Assembly: GCA_944325675.1 (NCBI GenBank)
Contig: CALVAZ010000022.1
Span: forward strand, 1 to 61,729
Source of the DNA: Candidatus Gastranaerophilales bacterium
Lineage (GTDB): Bacteria; Cyanobacteriota; Vampirovibrionia; Gastranaerophilales; Gastranaerophilaceae
DNA: 61,729 bases
Reading direction: 5' to 3'
Part shown: in pieces, positions 56,438 through 61,729 of the stretch
Layout: every line of letters begins with the position of its first letter
Position numbering within the stretch: the first letter of the stretch is position 1
Notes under the pieces: generated by a model
The model's input: only the letters and a program-made list of their open reading frames with translations
Databases searched by the model: none
Told to the model about the DNA's origin: nothing
Translations under genes and position numbers: made by a program

Positions 56438-57643
56438 ATGGATATAATCGAAAGTTTAACTAAACTATGGGATTCAACCGGTATTGCAAACTTTGTACAG
56501 CCGGTAGATCCTAATATTACCAACGGGTTTGAGCAATTCTTGCACCAATTTGGTTCACCGATTATGCTTGTAATTTGCTTATTCCTGTTATGGTTGGGTA
56601 TTAAAAAACAATATGAGCCGCTTCTTTTGGTTCCTATTGCGTTTGGCGGTTTGTTATCTAACATTCCCGTTGCTGATATTGCAGGTCCACACGGATTTTT
56701 AGGAATTATTTATGAGGCAGGTATTCACCAAGGGATATTTCCTTTGATAATTTTCATGGGTGTTGGCGCTATGACGGATTTCGGTCCGTTGATTGCAAAC
56801 CCTAAGACCGCTCTTTTGGGCGGTGCGGCACAATTCGGTATATTTGGTGCGTTGCTTTTAGCACTTTGTGTATTTGGATTTACGCTTCCTCAATCTGCTG
56901 CTATTGGTATTATTGGTGGTGCTGACGGTCCTACCTCAATTTATGTTACGTCTAAGCTTGCCCCTGAATTGTTAGGTGCAATTGCTGTTGCGGCATATTC
57001 TTACATGGCTTTGGTTCCTGTTATTCAACCGCCTATTATGAAATTATTAACAACTCAAGAAGAACGTAAAATACAAATGTCACAGTTGAGAAACGTTACT
57101 AAGCGTGAAAAAATTGTGTTCCCGATTGTTGTATTGGCTCTTTGTATAATTTTCTTGCCGGATGCCTGCCCGTTGATTGGTGCTTTGACTTTTGGTAATT
57201 TATGCAAGGAATGTGGTGTTGTCGAAAGACTTTCTGATACAATGCAGAACGCTTTAATCAACATTGTAACTATTTTCTTGGGATTGTCTGTTGGTTCAAA
57301 ATTATCAGCGGATCAGTTCTTAACATTGCAAACGTTGTTCATTCTTGTTCTGGGTGTTACGGCATTTGCACTTGCAACTGCAGGTGGCGTTGTATTCGCT
57401 AAGATTATGAACTGGTGGACATATTTAATGCACAAAATGTTCAACAAACCTTTGAACTTGATTAACCCGTTAATCGGTTCAGCAGGTGTTTCCGCTGTTC
57501 CGATGGCAGCTCGTGTTTCAAATAAAGTAGGTTTGGAAGCTAATGATCAAAACTACCTTTTGATGCACGCTATGGGGCCAAACGTAGCCGGTGTTATCGG
57601 TTCAGGTGTTGCTGCAGGTATTTTGCTTGCACTTTGTGCATAG
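56438..57643 (+). CDS. oadB: Na+-translocating decarboxylase beta subunit
   Basis: Polytopic; [10 protein letters not shown] and [13 protein letters not shown] blocks typical of OadB/GcdB/MmdB. Confidence 0.9.
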   Translation: MDIIESLTKLWDSTGIANFVQPVDPNITNGFEQFLHQFGSPIMLVICLFLLWLGIKKQYEPLLLVPIAFGGLLSNIPVADIAGPHGFLGIIYEAGIHQGIFPLIIFMGVGAMTDFGPLIANPKTALLGGAAQFGIFGALLLALCVFGFTLPQSAAIGIIGGADGPTSIYVTSKLAPELLGAIAVAAYSYMALVPVIQPPIMKLLTTQEERKIQMSQLRNVTKREKIVFPIVVLALCIIFLPDACPLIGALTFGNLCKECGVVERLSDTMQNALINIVTIFLGLSVGSKLSADQFLTLQTLFILVLGVTAFALATAGGVVFAKIMNWWTYLMHKMFNKPLNLINPLIGSAGVSAVPMAARVSNKVGLEANDQNYLLMHAMGPNVAGVIGSGVAAGILLALCA

Positions 57644-57655
57644 GCTATGTAAATT

Positions 57656-57687
57656 ATAAAAACAGCTCCAATTTTGGGGCTGTTTTT
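57656..57687. terminator. Bidirectional rho-independent terminator between oadB and the convergent small gene
   Basis: A-run, AACAGCTCC / GGGGCTGTT stem (one G-T pair), 6-nt loop, T-run. Confidence 0.6.
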
Positions 57688-58042
57688 ATATTGTTATATC
57701 TATACTACTTCCAAGTTTATTTACTATTTGAGCAACAAACTTTTGCAGTTCATTTTTATTAGCCTTTGGGTTCAATCTTAAAAATTCCAGAATTGATAGA
57801 GATGCTTCAGCTATTTCCGGATATTTATCTGTTATTTTGTTGCCTATATTTTGCGCATAATACCGAATTCCTCTGTTGCCAAAGGCTTTTATGGGCACAG
57901 GCCATAGCTCCTTTACAAGCGGTACAATATCACTTATAGTTTCACTTTGAATACATTTCAGCGTTGTTGTTTCCAAAATCTTGATTGTATCAAATTTTTT
58001 CTCGAAAGTAATCTCTTGAGGTGAAATTTTATTTATTTTCAT
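57686..58042 (-). CDS. Hypothetical protein
   Basis: First ATG is 58042 (MKINKISPQEITFEKKF); the track start 58126 is TTG and would overlap purM. No recognisable family. Confidence 0.45.
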   Translation of the reverse strand: MKINKISPQEITFEKKFDTIKILETTTLKCIQSETISDIVPLVKELWPVPIKAFGNRGIRYYAQNIGNKITDKYPEIAEASLSILEFLRLNPKANKNELQKFVAQIVNKLGSSIDITI

Positions 58043-58071
58043 ATTTGCTTGAATGTTTATGAAAATTATTT

Positions 58072-58099
58072 TTGCTAATTTGTCATATTTTTGTAATAA
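58072..58099 (+). promoter_or_regulatory. Sigma70-type promoter abutting purM (near-leaderless)
   Basis: TTGCTA (58072-58077), 16 nt spacer, TAATAA (58094-58099). Only 9 nt to ATG 58109 and no SD. Confidence 0.35.
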
Positions 58100-58107
58100 A
58101 ATGTAAC
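58090..58107 (-). promoter_or_regulatory. HLR1-like (RpaB-box-like) direct repeat, one mismatch at the degenerate first position
   Basis: Minus strand reads GTTACATT-tt-ATTACAAA. It overlaps the putative purM -10/TSS and lies 48-65 nt upstream of ATG 58042 of the divergent gene. Confidence 0.3.
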
Positions 58108-58108
58108 C

Positions 58109-59023
58109 ATGAGTAAATTGTATCAAAAAGCAGGGGTGGATTTAAAAGAGGCGGAAAATTTGTCTGCCAGCTTATCTTCTCTTGGACAAAATTTTAAAGC
58201 TTTCACAGGTAATGTGGAATTTGAGGGTTTAAAAATTTTTAACTGCTGTGATGGAATCGGTTCTAAAATTATACCTTTATACGAGCGTGGGCTGTACAAA
58301 ACAATTGCAATTGATTTAGTTGCAGCCAACCTTAATGACATGGCGACAAAAAATGCTCAAGCACTTGCTTTCTCTGATTATATAGCTGTCAATAAACTTG
58401 ACAGTGCTGCTATATCTGAGTTTATATTTGAACTTAATAGGGTTTTGGGAACATGTAATTGCATGTTATTAGGTGGTGAAACATCTGAAATTCCTGCACT
58501 TTTAAGGGATGGAGCTATTGATATTTGCGGGTTTGCTATTGGATTTTCTGATAAGGATTATTCGCCTGAAAAAGTTGCTGATGGTGATGTTGTTATTGGA
58601 CTTAAATCAAGCGGTATCCACGCGAATGGTTTTTCTCTGATTAGAAAATTTTATGAGGAGGGCAAATTATCGGATAAGGAGTTTGAAAAATGCTTGGAGC
58701 CTACATATATTTACTACAATTCTGTTAGAAAGTTATGGGAGAAAAATCTCATAAAAGCTGCTGCAAACATAACAGGTGGTGGAATTTATAATAATTTAAT
58801 AAGAGTAATTCCAGAGAAATTTTCGGTTGAGCTTGATTATTCAAAAATTAAGCCCGTTAAAGTATATGAAAAATTGTTTGAGTTATGCGGTGAGGAGATG
58901 TTTGAAGTATTCAACTGCGGAGTTGGCTTTTGTATTATTGCAGACGATAACAATATCGAGAAAATTTTTGAAATTTGCGGTGAATTTAACCCGTTTATTT
59001 TTGGAAAGGTCGTGATGAAATGA
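58109..59023 (+). CDS. purM: Phosphoribosylformylglycinamidine cyclo-ligase (AIR synthetase)
   Basis: YQKAGVDL start, DGIGSK, GGETSE, SSGIHANGFSL and NITGGG. Confidence 0.9.
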   Translation: MSKLYQKAGVDLKEAENLSASLSSLGQNFKAFTGNVEFEGLKIFNCCDGIGSKIIPLYERGLYKTIAIDLVAANLNDMATKNAQALAFSDYIAVNKLDSAAISEFIFELNRVLGTCNCMLLGGETSEIPALLRDGAIDICGFAIGFSDKDYSPEKVADGDVVIGLKSSGIHANGFSLIRKFYEEGKLSDKEFEKCLEPTYIYYNSVRKLWEKNLIKAAANITGGGIYNNLIRVIPEKFSVELDYSKIKPVKVYEKLFELCGEEMFEVFNCGVGFCIIADDNNIEKIFEICGEFNPFIFGKVVMK

Positions 59024-59613
59024 CGAAAAGTGTTGCGGTTATGGGCTCAGGTAATGGCGGTAATTTTCAGGCTATTGTTGAGTATTTTAAGGATAAAGAT
59101 GTTAAAATAACCTGTATTTCGGATAAATTAAATGCCTATATTTTAGAGCGTGCCAAGAATTTGGGTGTGGATTATAAATATTTGCCTTTTGAAGAAAATG
59201 CTGAATATTTTGGGACAAATAATTTTGATTTAATCGTTTTAGCAGGATATATGAGAATTTTGCCGCCTGGTGTATTGAATTTGGGAAAATTTGTTAATAT
59301 CCATCCGTCTTTACTTCCGGCCTTTAAAGGTAAAGATGCTATACAAAGAGCCTTCTTTGCGGGTGTTAAGGTCAGCGGTATCACAATTCATTGGGTGACG
59401 GATGAACTTGATGGAGGTAAGATTATTGCACAATACCCTGTTTTAATCGGTAATGATACTCACTTTGACGAATTTGAAAACGAAATCCACGCGCTAGAGC
59501 ATAAACTATATCCAATCGTGATTGAAAAATTGTTGGAAGATAAGGTGTTTGATTTTTCTGATTTGTTAGGTGGCTGTGGTGGCTGCAAAGGAGGGTGCCG
59601 AGAATGCCGCTAA
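59020..59613 (+). CDS. purN: Phosphoribosylglycinamide formyltransferase with a Cys-rich C-terminal tail
   Basis: AVMGSGNGGNFQAI, LAGYMRIL, NIHPSLLPAFKG, SGITIHWVTDELDGG. Ends in GGCGGCKGGCRECR. ATGA overlap with purM. Confidence 0.9.
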   Translation: MTKSVAVMGSGNGGNFQAIVEYFKDKDVKITCISDKLNAYILERAKNLGVDYKYLPFEENAEYFGTNNFDLIVLAGYMRILPPGVLNLGKFVNIHPSLLPAFKGKDAIQRAFFAGVKVSGITIHWVTDELDGGKIIAQYPVLIGNDTHFDEFENEIHALEHKLYPIVIEKLLEDKVFDFSDLLGGCGGCKGGCRECR

Positions 59614-60683
59614 AGGTTTGCGTATATGGGTGTGGCGCTCGTGAAGAAGCTATCAGAGATATCGTTTCCAAGTCGAATTTATGCGAAAAAATTGTTTCTG
59701 TACCTGAAGATGCTGACTTAATCATTTTTGGTCCTGAACAGCCTATTTGTGACGGGCTAGTTGACTATTACACTCAAAAAGGTATCAGATGTATTGGTGT
59801 AGATAAAAAGTTTTCACAGCTTGAAAGTTCAAAACTGTTCGCTAAAAAGTTTATGGTAAATCACGGAATAAAATGCGCTAAACTGTTGTCTTTAGAAGCG
59901 GATATTTACCCGCAAGTTGTAAAAGCTGATGGGCTTTGCAAAGGTAAAGGTGTTAAAGTTGTCTACAACTCTCAAGAAAAGGATGAATTCACAAGAAGGA
60001 TTCCAGCTCCGTATTTTATTGAAGAATATTTGGAAGGTGCCGAAATTTCCGTAATGTCATATTTTAATGGTAAAAAATTGATAAATTTTTGTCCTGCGCG
60101 TGATTTTAAAAGATTAACTTCTGATAAAAAATCACCCAACACAGGCGGCATGGGTGCATACTGTCCTGTTGACTTAAATGATATACAAAAAAGCAGATTA
60201 GATATATACCTTAAATTACTTGAAAAAGCCTTAGTTGATGAAGGTGCCGCATTTACCGGATTTATTTATTCAGGGCTTATTTGGGCTCTGGATGATTGGT
60301 ACGTGCTTGAATATAATGTCCGGTTGGGTGATCCGGAGTGTCAAGCTATATTAAATTATCTGGACAATGATTTTTTGTCAATTTTGTTAGAAGATGAGAT
60401 TCCGAGATACAAAAAAGGTTATTCGGCTTGTTTGACAATAGCAAGTGAGGGTTATCCTGATAATCCGATAAAAGGCGATGAAATTATTTTGCCTGATGAC
60501 GACAACTCTGTAAAGGTTTATTTAGCGGGTGTTAAATCTGAAAACGGCAAACTATACTCAAACGGCGGAAGGGTTCTGTCATTATGCAAAGTTGCCGAGG
60601 AGCCTTTTTCGGCATTAAAAGATTATGCAGAAAAAATTGTGATGAAGCATAAAATTTTTAGAAAAGATATTACAATTTTTTGA
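59604..60683 (+). CDS. purD: Phosphoribosylamine--glycine ligase (shortened N-domain)
   Basis: KVCVYGCGAREEA, ADGLCKGKGV, TGGMGAY and NVRLGDPECQ. ATG 59604 follows AAAGGAGGG (the track start 59595 is GTG). Confidence 0.9.
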   Translation: MPLKVCVYGCGAREEAIRDIVSKSNLCEKIVSVPEDADLIIFGPEQPICDGLVDYYTQKGIRCIGVDKKFSQLESSKLFAKKFMVNHGIKCAKLLSLEADIYPQVVKADGLCKGKGVKVVYNSQEKDEFTRRIPAPYFIEEYLEGAEISVMSYFNGKKLINFCPARDFKRLTSDKKSPNTGGMGAYCPVDLNDIQKSRLDIYLKLLEKALVDEGAAFTGFIYSGLIWALDDWYVLEYNVRLGDPECQAILNYLDNDFLSILLEDEIPRYKKGYSACLTIASEGYPDNPIKGDEIILPDDDNSVKVYLAGVKSENGKLYSNGGRVLSLCKVAEEPFSALKDYAEKIVMKHKIFRKDITIF

Positions 60684-60726
60684 TATCTTGTGTATAATAA
60701 ATTTATATAAAAGATGAGGGATTTAT

Positions 60727-61729
60727 ATGTCTATTGATGATGCTTTGGTTATGATTCTTGCAGGTGGTGAAGGTAAAAGGCTTTATCCGTTAACAAAAGA
60801 TAGAGCAAAACCGGCTGTGCCTTTTGGCGGAAGATACAGAATTATTGATTTTGTTATTAATAATTTTATCAACTCCGGCTTTTATAAAATCAAGGTATTA
60901 ACTCAATATAAATCAGATTCACTCAACAAACACATAACCCGTGGTTGGATGTTATCACCCTTTTTAAACCAGTACATTGATCTTGCGCCTGCTCAAATGC
61001 GTACGGGTAACGACTGGTACCGTGGTACCGCGGATGCAATTTATCAAAATATTTTCCATATTATTGATGAAGACCCAAAATTTGTTTGTATTTTTGGTGG
61101 TGATCATATATATAAAATGGATGTATCTCAGATGTTGGAATTTCACAAAGGAAAAAATGCGGATTTGTCGATTTCGGCTATTCCGATTCCAATTGAAGAG
61201 GCTTCTGAATTTGGAATAATTGAAGTTGATGATGATTGGCGATTGGTTAATTTCGTTGAAAAACCGCAAAGTGCACCGAAATCAATCCCGGGAAATCCTA
61301 ATATGTGCCTTGCATCTATGGGGAATTACATCTTTAACAAGGATATTTTACTGAATGCTTTATATAAAGATGATCAAATACAAGAGTCTAGTCATGATTT
61401 TGGCAAGAATGTTATTCCTATGCTTTTAAACGAAGGCAAAAATATTTATGTATACAATTTTCATCACAATAGTTTTCCTGGAATTTCTGATGCAGAAAGA
61501 GGATACTGGCGTGATGTAGGTAGTATTGATGCATATTGGCAGGCTAACATGGATTTGTTGGCTGCTGCTCCTGAACTAGATTTGTATTCTAAGGATTGGC
61601 CTATAAGAACATTTAATTACAACTATCCTCCGGCAAAATTCATTTGGCAGGAAGGTGATCGTGTTGGTATGGCAACTAATTCAATGGTTTCAGAAGGTTG
61701 TATTGTATCAGGCGGTATGCTCTCACATT
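60727..61729 (+). CDS. glgC: Glucose-1-phosphate adenylyltransferase (3' end outside window)
   Basis: Not in the ORF track because no stop lies within the window. Hand translation [42 protein letters not shown]...GTADAIYQN...[10 protein letters not shown]...EFGIIEVD...[18 protein letters not shown]. The frame is open to base 61729. GAGGG RBS. Confidence 0.9.
   Translation, partial: MSIDDALVMILAGGEGKRLYPLTKDRAKPAVPFGGRYRIIDFVINNFINSGFYKIKVLTQYKSDSLNKHITRGWMLSPFLNQYIDLAPAQMRTGNDWYRGTADAIYQNIFHIIDEDPKFVCIFGGDHIYKMDVSQMLEFHKGKNADLSISAIPIPIEEASEFGIIEVDDDWRLVNFVEKPQSAPKSIPGNPNMCLASMGNYIFNKDILLNALYKDDQIQESSHDFGKNVIPMLLNEGKNIYVYNFHHNSFPGISDAERGYWRDVGSIDAYWQANMDLLAAAPELDLYSKDWPIRTFNYNYPPAKFIWQEGDRVGMATNSMVSEGCIVSGGMLSH

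Overview
AT-rich, very gene-dense chromosomal window with about 60 protein genes, one tRNA, and no rRNA, CRISPR array, transposase or integrase. All calls come from reading the ORF translations and DNA by eye; no database search was run.

Most genes are housekeeping:
- accD-accA-prmA-kdsB
- gcvPB and miaA
- nifS-nifU
- dnaX, ribD, tsaD, obg, gpmI
- rpsU (missing from the ORF track), rsmE, cca
- an ATP synthase operon
- birA-oadGAB
- purM-purN-purD
- a 3'-truncated glgC (also missing from the track)

Lineage inference only: the window fits a non-photosynthetic, diderm relative of Cyanobacteria (Melainabacteria/Vampirovibrionia-like).
- Cyanobacterial-type traits: atp order a-c-b'-b-delta-alpha-gamma without beta/epsilon, and a response regulator that looks nearly identical to RpaB/Ycf27.
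- Diderm markers: kdsB and an AsmA/TamB-like giant protein.
- Anaerobe-type modules: NIF-type Fe-S system and a Na+-pumping oxaloacetate decarboxylase.

Most interesting signals:
1. A tandem pair of paralogous ~520-540 aa polytopic membrane proteins of no recognisable family (45430..48615).
2. A short N-terminal tag (M-x-I/V-x-K/Q-I ... SP-S/T-F-x-G) shared by that pair, an unlinked AAA+ ATPase with a novel N-domain, and possibly two or three other small or unknown proteins.
3. A perfect HLR1 (RpaB-box) direct repeat in the unusually long, T-tract-phased leader region of the paralog pair, plus two one-mismatch HLR1-like sites in other divergent promoter regions. The RpaB-like regulator is encoded in the same window.

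Secondary observations:
- candidate leaderless mRNAs
- an amidohydrolase-fold protein with all metal ligands apparently replaced
- a Cys4 tail on PurN
- a possible dnaX slippage site
- split, unlinked DUF2229-type genes
- many convergent gene pairs with abutting or overlapping stop codons
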